Below are positions 37,939 to 51,355 of a stretch of DNA of 64,000 nucleotides, piece after piece; position 1 is the first letter of the stretch, and every line of letters begins with the position of its first letter. The position numbers were made by a program, and so were the translations under genes. The DNA comes from Moniliella sp. 'wahieum' (lineage: Eukaryota), in NCBI GenBank assembly GCA_003971905.1, contig RSEE01000021.1:186001-250000 (forward strand). The letters run 5' to 3'. The notes beneath the pieces are model-generated. The model made no database searches. It was not told the origin of the DNA and saw nothing but the letters and a program-made list of their open reading frames with translations.

Positions 37939-40329
37939 GGGCGCAAGAAAAGAGAGATAGACAGACAGACGGGGCGGAGGAGGAGGGCCAAGGAGCGTGG
38001 GGCTGGGCGGGATGGAGGAGACGGAGCAGAGGCCAAGGCGGCTGAGAAAAGGACAGGGATGCCGGCGCTATCGATGCTATCGGTGATGCTGATGCGGATG
38101 GCGTCGCACGGCTTGGGCGTGGCGCGTGGCTGTGGCCGGGCAGAGCAGGTGGCTTGTCCAGCCTGTCGCCATCGCTGATCGCTGGCCCTGGCCGTTGATC
38201 GGCAGTGGCGCCGAGGCCTGCACGGGGCGCTGCGCTCTGCTGCCGACGGCTCTGTAACTCGCCAGTGCCCGTCTGCCCAGCCCGACCCCGCGCATCGCAT
38301 TGGACCCGCAGGCCTGCCTAGTGCCTGACGCGTGTCCCGCACCATGCCAGTGTTCCACGCCCTGTGCGATCACACTGCAGCCACCCATCATGCATCTGCA
38401 TCACCATCACGCCGTCAAGCTTCAAGCTTCAAGGTCTCAGGGCACCTCGCCCCTCAAGCTGTCATCATGCATCAGGCTTTAGGAGCTTTAGGCGTCATGC
38501 ATCAGCCACCCTCAGATCCCCACCAGACCTACTTGCGCCTCCAGAGCCTCAGGGACGCCGAGTCAGCTTTGCCAGGGTTTGCCCCTCTTGGGTTTAGAAA
38601 TTCCTCCGAGGACAATATATTGTTTTCGCAGTGCGCGTCGATGTGGTGGAAAAAGGATTCCATTTTCTCGGTTCTTCCTCGTCGGCTCTAGGTGTTCTTC
38701 ATAAGGAAACAGGGTTGCGCCACATGTGCATGACCGTGCGTGACCAAAACTGACCGCAACCAGATGAGACTCCTCTTCCCAACGCACTGAAAGAGCCTTA
38801 TATGAGTAGAAAGTTGGCCATGAAGGAAGAGCACACAACGAGAGAGAGGCGTGAAAAGACAATGTGGGCAGTGAATGGAAGTTGTGGTGGCTCTCATGTT
38901 GTCCCGACAAGGCATCACACGAAGCATAACTATGCACACTAATAAGCACCATTGAAAGGGCCCACAGGAACGAGAGGGCAGTGCCCCCCAACTCCCGCAG
39001 TCTTCCCAAACATAGACCAAAAGCAGCGCGTCGTCGATCTTTACTCTCATTGATTATCATCTGCCCATTCTGCATGTCCTCCGAAGTTCTAATACGGATG
39101 TACATCGGCTTCTTCGAATTTGTTTCATTCCAGGTGCGTTATGGGGCTTTTATTAGACGTCAGGCCTCAGGTAACCGCCTCGGGTACTAATCATATCTCA
39201 ACAGGGTCTTCTTTCTCATCAAAACATAATGCCACAGAGGCATCACTTGGATCTCTCATCATCGCCATGGCGTTTTACTTTCACTCTTTTCCAGAGACTA
39301 ACGGCACAAACTTCTCCCGTTTCTCCAGCAAAATACATTCGGGTCGGTGGCCCAATGCAAACCCAAGGGGGTAACAACTCTTGATAAGCCTTATGTGCCC
39401 CTCTTTGTCAAGGTCTCACGAAAATGGTAGAGTGTAGATCGTTTCTTTTTATCCTGATTCGGAAATGCTGTAGACGACGGGGATAAAAAAGAGGGAGAGA
39501 AGTGTGCTCAAGGCCCCCCAATTTCAGCACCGTCTCCCGGATTTGCATGGAGGGGGTGATGGGGAGACGTGTCTCTCTCAGTGTATATTTTGCCTTCCGT
39601 GTGGATCGCATTCCTTTTCCTGCCTGACCTTCCTCATTATAACTTATACCTCACGAGATGAACGAGGCAAAGCCAGTATGGCTTCTGAATCGCTCCTAGA
39701 AGTATGGTCTATAGGTGGAATAGCAGCTTATTAAGCGGGCCCGGACGTAGGACCCGTCCTTGCCATTTGCGGGGAATTCGATGAGCCTTGGTTGGACGGC
39801 CAATCGGAGCCCACGGGCGTCTTATATATATCTGGCATCTCATCCTGATGGTCAAAGCAACGGTAAGGATAGAAGGGAGGGAGAGGTCCTCTAATGTCAG
39901 TGGGGGCTGCCTGCCACATATGCAAAAAGGTGCACAGTTAAAGTCCTCTGTGTTGGAGAAGGAGTATTAACATGTGAGGGCCAACTACATATATTACCTG
40001 TTGAAAGGATCTAGAAGCTCTGCATCAGCAAAGATCCACTTGTTGTTACCGCGAGTATCGCTCTAGAGTATATATGAAATGGCACAGATTTACACCTAAA
40101 CGGTAGATTCAGGCTACTGACCTGGGGAATCCGCGCCTTGCCGTTCGTGCGAATAGTAAATTTTCGTAAAAAACCGATGCGAAAAGGGTAAGGGTGTGTG
40201 GGGAGAAAAGTCACCAGTGATGAAGGAAGAAAGTGGAAGGGTAATCAAGGTGTTGACCCCGGTATTAGTCACTTGGAAAACCCGGTGGAGACGTGGAAGA
40301 CCATAGCCAGCGAGAGCTTTTCCTAGATC

Positions 40330-40930
40330 ACGTCCATTTCATTGGCAGAGCTTAAGGCTGGGACAGGGGGGGGAACGCTACGTCTACACCTAACCGTTCA
40401 TCTTGCGGGGGTTACTTGGGGGCGCCACTAAGGTCAAGGAACCAGGGGGATCGCCAGGATATCAGGACCCTCCGGCTCTCGCCATCTGGTCCTGTACCCT
40501 ACGAAGCGCATGTGGACACGGAGGAACGTGGTTGACATCCGAGCGAGGAACCATTTCCACTGAGACTTAGTAGCCAACTCCTTCCAATGCGCAAACAACT
40601 TGCCCGCCGTCTTGGTGCCGTGTAGTATCCTCGCGTCGTCAAAACCAGGGGGAAAAAACGGTTCTTGAGAGTGCGTCCCTGGTACTTGGCGTTCTTGTCG
40701 CATTGCTTGTGTTCTCTTATAACAGAGAGGCGGCTTATTATACCTACTAATTACTCTCTGTCACAGTACCAATCAGAACAAAAGTACTCTCTGTTGACTA
40801 TGATCCTCCGGCTCCCAGGCGGTAGACCAGGTTCGCCTCGGTTCCATCGGCTTCCACGCTGTGGGTATCGTCCCAAGGGTGTGGCACTGCCCAATACCCT
40901 GCGTTCTCTCTCGTGCACCTCACTGTTGGC
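40330..40930 (-). mobile_element. Decayed RLE-type non-LTR retrotransposon 3' end, copy C
   Basis: Reconstructed across frameshifts: KNAKYQGRT..EPFFPLVLTTRGYY...GKLFAHWKELATKSQWKWFLARMSTTFLRVHMRF...*, followed by a presumed 3' UTR shared with copy D. Confidence 0.7.
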
Positions 40931-42869
40931 TCCGCGTCTAGTCCGGCCTCCTAATAGATGCCTCTATACCCAACAAGCCCTACTCTGGCTGCAATCCGTC
41001 ACCTTTTCTCATCATTCTGCCCATCCGGCTCCCTAGGCCAACACTTACTCTCAACCGGATGGAGTCACAGGCAAGTGAACAAGGAAGAAGACCAAGGTCT
41101 AGGCGGAGACGGGAGGATAGAACAGCAAGTTCGGTCGTGGGATGTGGGAGGAAACATCAGGCATCGGACAACAAGGAGCAAGAGTAAGGGGGGAGATAGG
41201 GAGAGCGAGGTATACGATTCCGAATTGGAAATTGGAGCGAGCTGTTCAATCAGTCGAAGGCAATGACAGTCTTTATACAATCTCTACTAAATGGAGGCAA
41301 AGAAATCATAGTCCGTATGCGGACTTCAAGGGTCCTATGTTAGCGCTGCGCAGTCGGTGCACAGTATAAAAAGGGTTCCGCCAAGGCTGGGCGTAATGAA
41401 GCTTGAAGAGGCAGAGGCAGACTCCGCCACTGCCCGCCCTGTTGTATAAGACACTGTGGCCGGAACCCAGTTATGTGTATTGGGTTAAGAACTTGTGGAG
41501 AAGTAATGTAATGAATGAACCTGTATTGGCTTTGGAAACGATCGAAAGGGGGGAGATGAAAGGGTGATAAAACAATGCACCGTATAATTGATTGTACCTA
41601 CTACGGAGGCCCCCGCAACGGTCCCAATATCTCTGCTGGTCTCATTTCATAGCTGGCTGCGCTGAACGCGCTGAGCGCTGGCGATGGATGAGAAAGAAAC
41701 TGCGCTTGGGGGCAGAAAGAAACTGCGCTTGGGGGCGGAGGGGGCGGAGGAGCAAAGACCGTTGGGGGGTACGCACGCGGGTACGTCAACTGTCCAATCC
41801 TACTGAGTACCCAACCATAAAAGTAACGTTACTGGCGTGTGCATGACATCACAGATCTCAGGAAAAGACTTAACCAGTCCGGACTGATCGAGCAAAGGGT
41901 ACTGCTAACGCCTTCGCCAGTCGTGCTAGCGTTGCTTCCGCCTGCTAGTATACGCAGCCCTCCGACGTAGCATCATGTAGCTCTGCGCTCCTCGGCTCGC
42001 GCTCGAGTTGAGCGGCCCCGCCGCGTTGCTCCGCAGCCGTTATTACCCTTTTATTGTCGCTGCTGTCCCACAGGCCGCTCACCAGCTACGCATCGCCGCC
42101 CGCGCGAGCGGCATACCACGAAACACGTAACGCGTAACGACGAAGCGCACTGGGCTGTGCTGTGCCCCAGTGCCAGATGCTCGTACCGCCTCGTACAGCC
42201 CACTTCGAGCAAGGCTCAGCCACTCGTTGTTCCACGTGTTCGCGGACCCGAGCAGCCGAGGCACTGCAGGGCACTGTTCCTGTTCATGCACCGCCACTTG
42301 TATGCGAGGGCGAACAACCTATTCGTGGCTGCCCCGTGCCGGGGAGTATACAATCGCGTGCGGATGGGAGCACTGGGCCGCAGTGGGGGCAAATGGATTT
42401 GAGAGGGTGCTCGCGCTCGCATGTACCTTGCCACAGCGACGGTGTGCGACGGCAGAGATCGCGCGCAGTGCTGCCAGGCGCCTGGGGGCGCTGTGGGTAA
42501 AGACGTGTAGAGGCACTGTCGCGCTGGGCGCTGAGCGTTGACCGGTGACGCGTGACGCCTGAGGCGCTCAGGTGGAGGACAGAGGCAGGCGCGGGCGGGC
42601 TCTGTGCGGGGTTTGTCGTACGAGCCGCCGGCGGCGGGGGCAGGGGGGGGCAGTCGCTGCACCGGCACGGGGACTCCGCCCACGCCTGCTTTCCGCTTGC
42701 ACATCCAGGCATTTGAGGGCAGCAAAAAAACAGTGCGGCACTCTGCACGTGGGCAGTGCGCCTGCAGTGGAGGATGGGAACTGCCCCCGTGCGTGCCCGC
42801 TCCCCCGCCCGCCGCCGACACTGGGCTGGCGCAGCGCCGGTGAACGCCGGCGTGGAAACGGACACTCAG

Positions 42870-42891
42870 TAGTCACTAGTCACTAGTCACT
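42870..42891. repeat. Palindromic heptamer array (ACTAGT-C)n, ~150 bp upstream of the GT32 gene
   Basis: tagtcactagtcactagtcact; the same array recurs at 49307-49329. Confidence 0.9.
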
Positions 42892-43040
42892 CCTGCACAC
42901 TCTGTGCCGGCCAGCACGCCCTCGCCCAACACCCCCGACCACCAACCCCTCACCTTCTCCCCCCCGTTCGCATCGCCCACCGCCACCGCCTCCGCTTCCA
43001 CCTCTCCTCTGCCTTGCTCGGCTGTTTGCCTCTGGCCGCC

Positions 43041-44988
43041 ATGGCGCACACTCTTGTATCCCCCCATGCACGCCCCCGCCAGCGCCGCACCCAGTCCTGG
43101 TCTGCCGCCCTCAGCCTCCCGCTGCCCTTGCAGGCAACGCGCGAATCCCCATTGGCCCTCCTCGACACCGACTCTGGTCAGGACGATTATGATGATGACG
43201 GCGGTATGCACAGCGATTCTGCCTATGTGTCTGCTGCTTCCTCCCATGGCTCCGCCTCTTTGTCCTGGTGGCCCTTTCGCCGCCAGCATCGTAACTTCAC
43301 CACCGGGTACTCCCGCCTGCCCCAAACGCCTGACCCTTTCTCACACTCTTCCAACACGTCGTCTGCTTCATCGTCTGTCAATAACGAAAAGCAACATAAT
43401 TGCCGCTCACCCTCTTCCTCACGCTTCAGCCTTCCCCTTCCCCTTCCCCTTCGCCGTCGTCGTCGTCGTCGACTGCCTTCCCGTAGGTGGCTCCCTCTCA
43501 GCAAGCGATGGCTTGCAAGAGCCCTAATCACTATCGTCATGAGCACGCTGTTTGTGTGGCTGCTTCTTTACCAAGTTGTGCAGCCGCCCCCGTACAACGT
43601 CGTACGATCTGGCAACTACTCCAAAGTACTTTCCCAGTTTGCTGCAGAGCAAAATCTGGTTCCCATGCAAGGCATGCCAGACCGAGTAAATTGGTCCAAC
43701 GCCATTGCCGAGCAGCTGTCGCACCTCGAGCGCTGGACACACGAACGTTCCGAGACACTCGATTGCTCTGGCAAGCACCGCTCTACACTTGTCACTGTGC
43801 CTAACGATGCCGCTGCACCCCCACCAATGATTCCAAGGGTCACTTTTAGCTCGGACCACGACGTTCCCCCACCCGACGATCTCGCTCGGTGGAAGGGAGA
43901 ATGGGCCGAGTTAGATTTTGATCCCCAGTTTCTCGATGAGAAGGCGGCGGATGCATTTGTCGACAAGCACTTTGGTCTCGTGAGCTTAGAGGAGCCATCG
44001 GACACGCGACGTATGGTACACCGTACCAAACCTGCTTCCGAGCGGTTAAGTGCGACCCAGCATGCTTGGCGTGCTCTTCCTCGAGGCGTTCTACGTGCCG
44101 ACTTTTTGCGCTACCTTCTCCTCCTCGTTCATGGCGGCACGTGGGCCGACATGGACGTCACACCTATCGCACCGCGCTCCACCTGGACTGTGCCCCACGC
44201 ACGCTGGGTCTCCGTTTCGGACCAACCGGTCTCACAAAGCCATACGAACGGCACCTGCCCCACCCCGGCACTGCAACCCCCCGGCGCAGGAACCGATTCG
44301 ACTGGTCGTTGGTTTGGAATGCGAGCCGTGGGAGTACATGAGTCACAGTGTGCGGGCCTGGCTTGAATCTGCTCACATCCTTCCCATGAACCGTCACCGG
44401 GAAGTGCAGTTTACGCAGTGGGCTTTGCACAGTAGCGCAGGACATCCTGTGCTCGTTGACGTGCTGCGTCGGTTGCTGCTGACAGACAAACTGTACGATG
44501 CGTACCAAGTTGAGTCCAGGTCCAGCCCTTTGTATCAAATGTCGACCGATGGAGATCGGATTGCACCGGGGCGTACTCGGCCTCCCTGGGCGGACATTCA
44601 AGCTGCACGCAAGTGGATTGCACCAGCCCCCCATTACCCTCTCGAGGACAATAAGTGGGACGATGAGCTGTCCCCTTGGCTTCGGTGGTCGATCTGGCCA
44701 TGGATGTGGTCCTGGCCCCGCTGGGGGTGGCATGAATTGAGTGTTGAAGAGTGGACCGGTCCTGCGCTTTGGACGGACGCTGTGTTTAGCTACTTGCATG
44801 CGGTGGCGGGGATACGACCAAGGGATCTGTATGGTCTCACCCCAGTCCAAGTGGCCGATGTATTAATTGCACCCGGCAGCTGGTTCAACCCGCCCCACTC
44901 CCGCGTGGATCTGCATTCCAAGGTTGTGCACAACTTCCGTGGGTCTTGGAAACATGGAGCAGATACGGTGCCACCCATGCAGCAATGA
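43041..44988 (+). CDS. Glycosyltransferase family 32 (Och1/Hoc1-like alpha-1,6-mannosyltransferase), type II membrane protein
   Basis: TM ALITIVMSTLFVWLLL, LRADFLRYLLLLVHGGTWADMDV (DxD), LVVGLECE, VQFTQWALHSSAGHPVL, EWTGPALWTDAVFSYL and VVHNFRGSWK. One frameshift. Confidence 0.9.
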
Positions 44989-46668
44989 ACCTCTTTGTCG
45001 TTGCGGGCCCTCCGGATCCATTGGAACGGATGGGGCTTGCACCATGATGATCACTAGAAGCAATCCCGCTCTTTTCTCTCTTTTCCCTATATGCACTTCT
45101 CCCATCTTCCCCTTGCTCTCCCTGTTCCCTGCTCCGACCGTTCCTGCACACATCTTTTGCTCCTTTTTTGTATCACTTGCTCTACCATTCCAAATGAAAC
45201 ATGCGGATCGCCTCTCGCCATACCCTCTCCTCTCCCCTCCCCTACTTGCCTCTTTGCCCTTGGTCCTGCCCTAAGGATCTCTCCCCCCAATGCACACATC
45301 CGTGGTGCACACCACTGGGTGTGCTCCGCTTATCTCTGACCTGCCTGCATTCTTCCCTCCTGCTCAGAAGACCATGCACAGTGAATATCATAACATGGCC
45401 CCGTTATGGCTTTGGACATTTCTGTCATCCACAGGGGTGTTGAATGACAATCGAGTGAAGTCTCGCGATAATCTACTCACTCGACGAAATAGAAGGGAGG
45501 TATATAAGCGTGCTCCCAGGCCTTACGTCAGGCCCAGGTCAGGTGAGTCCATAGGTGACCCCGCTGGCGCTCCCTCGAGCGGAAACAAGCGGCGGAATAA
45601 CCTTAGTGGAGGAGAAGGAAAAATTGGGACGGCAAGCGCAGGCCTTTTAACTTGCTGGTGCCGGTGGACTCAAGCTGCTCTCCCCCACCACTCTCACTTT
45701 CGGTACGTTGTCCTTCCAATCATCTCGGCGATGATTACACTATTATCCACACTGTTTGATCCCTCTGGGGACGTGATTGACGACTACTACAACGGTAGAT
45801 GAGCCGCTACAATCAAACACCGGTTTGGCTCGAACACCAGCTGACTCTCATTGGGTTTTCTTGTCTGTCCAGCCCTCTTTGCCTTGCGCCCCACGCGCCA
45901 CAGGTGTCCCACACTGTTCTTTTCTCCCCACCATCTCTACGATACTACATTGCATGTTTCTATCCTCCTCACTTTCCTCTCTCGTTGCGAATTTGCCTAC
46001 TTGGGTTCGGGCGTGCTCGACTAGTTCCTAGCTATGAAGAACCTATGACAGCGCAATAGCAGTGTGGTTCCTGCCAGAGAACTAATCCGTAGAGGTGTAT
46101 CAGCCTGATACACCTGATACTCGGTTGCATCGCTTTCGCTCGCAAGGCCAGTTCCTATTCAAGGGACAGTGATACCTCCTACTGCATGTTTGCTGTAGCT
46201 TGAAGCTTGGAGCAGGTGCATACTACTACGCATGGCATGGGGGAACGCTCATGGGGAATACAAAAATCAACAGGGGAAAAGAAGCGACAAAGCGTCGAAC
46301 ATATGGGCGTCCCGTCGTTGCATTCATTGCCCGAACAGACAACGAACACCAACGTACCCAAGAACCTAACCGTAATAAAACAGCACGCGCGGGAGGGAAA
46401 AAAAGGAAACATTGAGACCCGTCAGGATGGGTACTATCCCGCGTCAGAATGCGCGACTTGAGCCCGCGATGAACAAGCGGGGAGAAGAGGAGAAGAGGAG
46501 GCATAGATGAAGGGGGAGGTGGGGTGGGGGTAAAACCTGCTGGCGCTGGAATGTGCAAAGGTGTTCAGGGGGTAATTGATGTGATCGGGTGAAGGTTCCA
46601 TGGCAAGCCGGCCATGCAGAGAGCCTTAGGTATCAACGCCGATGGTGCATCGCCCCTGCCCTCCCAAC

Positions 46669-47291
46669 CTAGGCCGTGTGGTAGCTCAGCGATTCTTTCA
46701 ATCCGCCCCCACGCAAGGCACCAGTAATAATCACGGACACCACCACAAGCATCATGGTCGTCAGGATAAAGTTGATATACCCAAACGCGATCAATGTTTC
46801 GTTGGCTGAACAGTACTTGAGGTGGGCAAAGTTGTGACTGCAGTTCATCCCCACCGTACAGGGACCTGGTCAGCGCGGCTGACGCCGAGAGCCATAGGGC
46901 CCAGTCCATGAAGAGAAAATAAAGTAGGAGATCACCGAGGTGAAGACGCCACCAATGCCGACAAAGAAGCAAATAACCTGTATAGGGGTACAAGATACGC
47001 CCGGCATTCCCGTCCGCTCCCGTCAGTATTCTCCCACCGCCATCACAGGACCGCAAACGCAGGGCAAGGCATACGCACATAGGCCGTGGAAAAGAGGAAA
47101 GAGAACCAGCCAACAAAGAGGAAAAGGCGGACACGCGCCTTGATGCCTCGCCCAGGGTGTTTGGCTTCGTCCTTGGCATTGTAGTCGTGCACCAGGATAG
47201 ACGAGATGATGGCGACCACGAAGGAGAAGATGGAGAGCACACAGAGGCAGATAGGAGCGCCGCGGCGCACAATGGTGCTGGCTTCAACCAT
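46669..47291 (-). CDS. Four-TM MARVEL-domain membrane protein
   Basis: MVEASTIVRRGAPICLCVLSIFSFVVAIISSILV..RVRLFLFVGWFSFLF, intron 46978..47078, then WALWLSASAALT and C....C..IAFGYINFIL. Confidence 0.75.
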
Positions 47292-47924
47292 GGTAGAGGG
47301 AACAAGGTGATGTAGGCTGGTGCGAGGCAACAAGTGGTGGGCGTTCAGGAGCTACTTGCAGGCGTAGGCCATGCCCGTCCCCGCACTTTTAAACATGTGG
47401 ACATCCATCCATCAGCCCCGATGAAGTCCTTCAAGCCTCATGATGCATGACGCACGAGCACGCACAGACCAGAGCGGCATGGGGGCAGTGAGACAGCTTG
47501 CGGCAGTGCTTGGCGGAGGGGGAAACGCAGAGCAGAAGAGCCCTAGGGGAGTGTACAGCGGTCCGTGCAAGGGTAGGATGCCTGCGTTTTGTTTTGGCGG
47601 CCACAGGCGAGAACGAAAAAGGGGGCAGAACGCATAAGACCGATTACGATGCTGATATGACTCGGTAGGACTCGGCCGTGCGTAGCGCAGCATTGGGCCC
47701 ATGCTGCGTACTGCCAGCCTGGAGGTGGGAGGCTGGGGCCCTCTGGACTGCGTCTGCGCTGGGCGTGGCTGCAGTGGTGGCTAGTGGCAGCAGCAGGCCA
47801 AGACACTGCTGGACAAAGTGAATCACTGACCGCAACACCATGATGACACATCCGACACAGGCGCACAAGGGCTATTATATAATCGCGTCAGATCTGTTGG
47901 TGGGACACAGCTTAATTAAACACC

Positions 47925-48430
47925 CGGACTCAGGCTGAGGCTCAGCACTCTCAGCCGCTCAGCACCCGGGCTCAGGCTAAGGCTCGGCGCTGCGCCTCAG
48001 CGTAGTTGCGTTCAGTACGTGCTCAACGTTCTCAACGTTGAAGCCGAGGCCGAGGTCGTGAGGCTCCGGCTCGGGCCGGTTCAGAGTAAGTGATAAGCTG
48101 AACTCAACGTACATAACGCGTAACAGGCGGCCTGAGCTGAGCTCAGGCTCAGCGCTGAGGCTCGGTCGTTCAGTACGAAGTCACTTGGCTTCAGCGCCAG
48201 CGCCAGCGCTCAGCCGGACTCGTACTCACTCCCATCGATCTGGACGTGCAGTACGATGAGTACTGCTCGGTATGAATAAGTCACCGGCCCGTCACCGCCA
48301 AAAGGCTCTTCAAGCTTCAGCCTTCAAGCTTCAGCCTTCAAGCTTCAGAGCTTCAGCGCTCAGGCTCAGCGCTCAGGCTCAGCCCACCTTTTCAGGACTT
48401 CAGCCTGAGATCGATGTTCTCGATGATCGA
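47925..48430. repeat. Dense TGA/TCA quasi-palindromic repeat field
   Basis: ctcaggctgaggctcag, ctgagctgagctcaggctcagcgctgag, (CTTCAAGCTTCAGC)x2+, (AGCGCTCAGGCTC)x2 and atcgatg..cgatgatcgat. Confidence 0.85.
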
Positions 48431-51355
48431 TAGGGATTGATTTGCTGTGGTGAGCGAAAGTAGAGACAAGCGGAGAAGGAAGAGGGAGGGGAAAGGAGTG
48501 GCTTCACTAATGAGATCTGAGAGATGGAAGACGACGCCATGATACATGACAGCCGTGCTTCTAGATGGAGGAGAGTGAGCTGCCTGACTTCCCCTCAGGC
48601 CTCAGGCGGAATCAGCGGGCGCTAGCTGCTGGGTGGATGTGGCTGAGAACGTCAGAGTGTGACTATATGTCGATTATGCTCTTAATTGGCACACTGCGCT
48701 AGTGTCCCACAACACTGCTGTGCTGGTGCTCGGACACATCATTTATGCGGGGCCCACGAGAGGAGACTTACTCTGTGAGAATGCTGAGCACACACATACC
48801 GGAGTATACGACGGGGGTCTTAAAAGCTTCAAGCTTTAAAGTTCGTGTCTGGGTTGAGATCTGTGAAAAGGCCGCGTCTGACAGGCCGCTTTTTTCTCGT
48901 AGCCTGTCTCAAGCTTCAAGATTCGAGCTCCTCAAGCCCCACACCTCACGCTGAGGCGCTGAGGCTGAGACCTCAGCTTCTCATAGAACCTCTTCCCTTC
49001 TGGCTTCATTAAATCTCAGTTGCCCTATACACTAACTAACCTTCCCTCGTGGAGGGTGGTGCTACGTTCCCCTGCACGGCCCTCAGTTATCGGTGACGGC
49101 TGGCGCTAGGCCAGTGCACTGCCCGTGCGTCTGCGCCTTTTCGTTTGTGCTCCATTGTTCGCTTCCCCCCCTGTCTTCTCTCAACGGCTGACGCCGTTTC
49201 CACTCCATACTTCGCTCGCCCTCGATGCTCATGATCCGCGTGATCAGCTGCCTAGCTCGTTCGGTCAGTAGGGGCCATCTGTCTGCAGTCAGCCAGTAGT
49301 CACACTCTAGTCACTAGTCACTAGTCACTGCGCATCAGGGGGTGGCGGGAATTCGACGAGACACATCAATTACAGAACAGAGGGCAAATGGCTGGTGATC
49401 CGGGTGATCCCCGCGATACATGATACGCATGAGATGTGAGTACTGAGTGTTTTGGTTAGCATGGAAAGGGCGTATAGGGAGGAACACCGGTATATAGAGG
49501 GGCATGGATTGCAGGTAATGAAACAGGAATTTTGTAAGGGGACGACGCCTGGTTGTGCACCGAACCGCCAAGTGCATAAGGAGCACAGATACGTCATCTG
49601 CACGTCGTGGTGTAACCGGCGATCCAAGCCTCGCCGCGGGTTGTGAAGTTCTCGCCGATAAGGCAACAGATCACAAGCAAAAAGTCTATGATGTCAGACA
49701 CAACAAATGAGACCCGGTCACAAATGTTACACTTCGAAGCTGTGGCTGCAGCCTCCCCAAACGAAGACATAATGTGTACTCCATTGGCCGTTGTATAGGC
49801 TGATACGCACATAGGTATCCCGAGGGTGGGGGCGGCCACAACTGGAAAGGAACTCCCAGACGGATGAGGCATCGCCTGAAAGTTTGTGGAAGCTGGAGAG
49901 GAGTGGCACTCAGAGCAGAGAAAAGGAGACGACCAGTGGATGCGAAGATAAACTGTGGAACTACTATATCAATGAGTAGAATAGTAGTCGACCAATTCCT
50001 CTGTCGCCAACAGGCGGTGCGGCAGGCGGTGCGAGAGCAATGGAGGCGGTTGACACAACGAGCTTGGCCACGCACCGCATTAGGCACACCACTACTCTCG
50101 CTCACAACGAAAAGCTCATGACAGTGGTGTCTTCGTGTCGATGGCAGGTGTCATATAGTTTGGCTGACCCACTCCCATTTCCTATTTCTTCGTCTCGAGA
50201 GTCTCGCTCCTTCCTGCTTCTTCCACTTCGCACCATGTTCTCTGCTCTTGCTTCTTCCCTACGAACGATTGCTATACCCCTCGGCCTAGTCCCGATTTTG
50301 GTCTCCCTCGCCAAACCCGATTGTGACATTATCGTTCGTCTAACCGTCAACAGGCGAGCCCAACCAGAGATGTCACGATCCACGACAACCCACATGACAG
50401 TAGGCCGTATTAAGAAGCCGGAGTCGGATCAGCCGTATAACAACAGCGGTGGAGGCGCGCGTGCTATGCTGCTCCATCCATGCCCCATAACGATAGTATG
50501 CTTTCCTTCATATACTCTTCACGCCGAGGCCCGCATCATCGGCATCGTCCCTGGCAATATTTGTTGCGCCATGCTGGGAGAGAGTAGTAAAAGATACTGC
50601 TGCATCAAAAGCTGGGATTCAGACTCGGTGAGAGCCCCATCACTCTCTTGACAGTTTACGTGACAACCGAAGCAAAGTGTGCGTACAGGCAGGAAGGAGC
50701 GGAGAGGTGGTGGTAGGTGAGATTGTCTTCGTCTCGGAATCCCCCCCGTTACTACACTCGGCCACTGCAGCAAACCATGACAGCCTGACATTAAGGTTGT
50801 CGACACCCTTCCGCACCCGTTCACGCCTCTATCCACCATTTATCCTCTCAATGATACGTTGATTGCCTTATAGCCATAGCCTGCAGAAAATATGTTGGGA
50901 ATAGTATATTCCCTTTTCTTCCTTCAGTGGGCATTCCGTCATATGCATCATCATGCTGACCATCATTGCTGTTCCACGTTTCGAGCGCGTTCAACGTTCA
51001 GGCAGCTTCAAGCTTCAGCTTCACCAGCTTCACCGAATCAGGGTCTCAGCTATTCATATACACACATGCAAATGGCGCGCAGTGTGTAGGGCGATCAATG
51101 ACTTCGGTCAGTACAAGAAAATCCGAGTGAGTTAATTAGTACATCTGTCAACTGCCATGTACATATGCCCGAAGGAACCAATCATGAAGTGGAATGATCC
51201 GCAGAAGGTAAAATTGGCATGTGGAGAGTCCAGAAATGACATCGGAGAAACAGCTGGAGGCATGAAAAAGCAAGCGGCGAGGCCAGGGATAGTTATCTAT
51301 ACGGGTGAGAAAGAGCAAAAACAAAAAATGGATGAAAGGGGCAGCGGTAAGAAGA

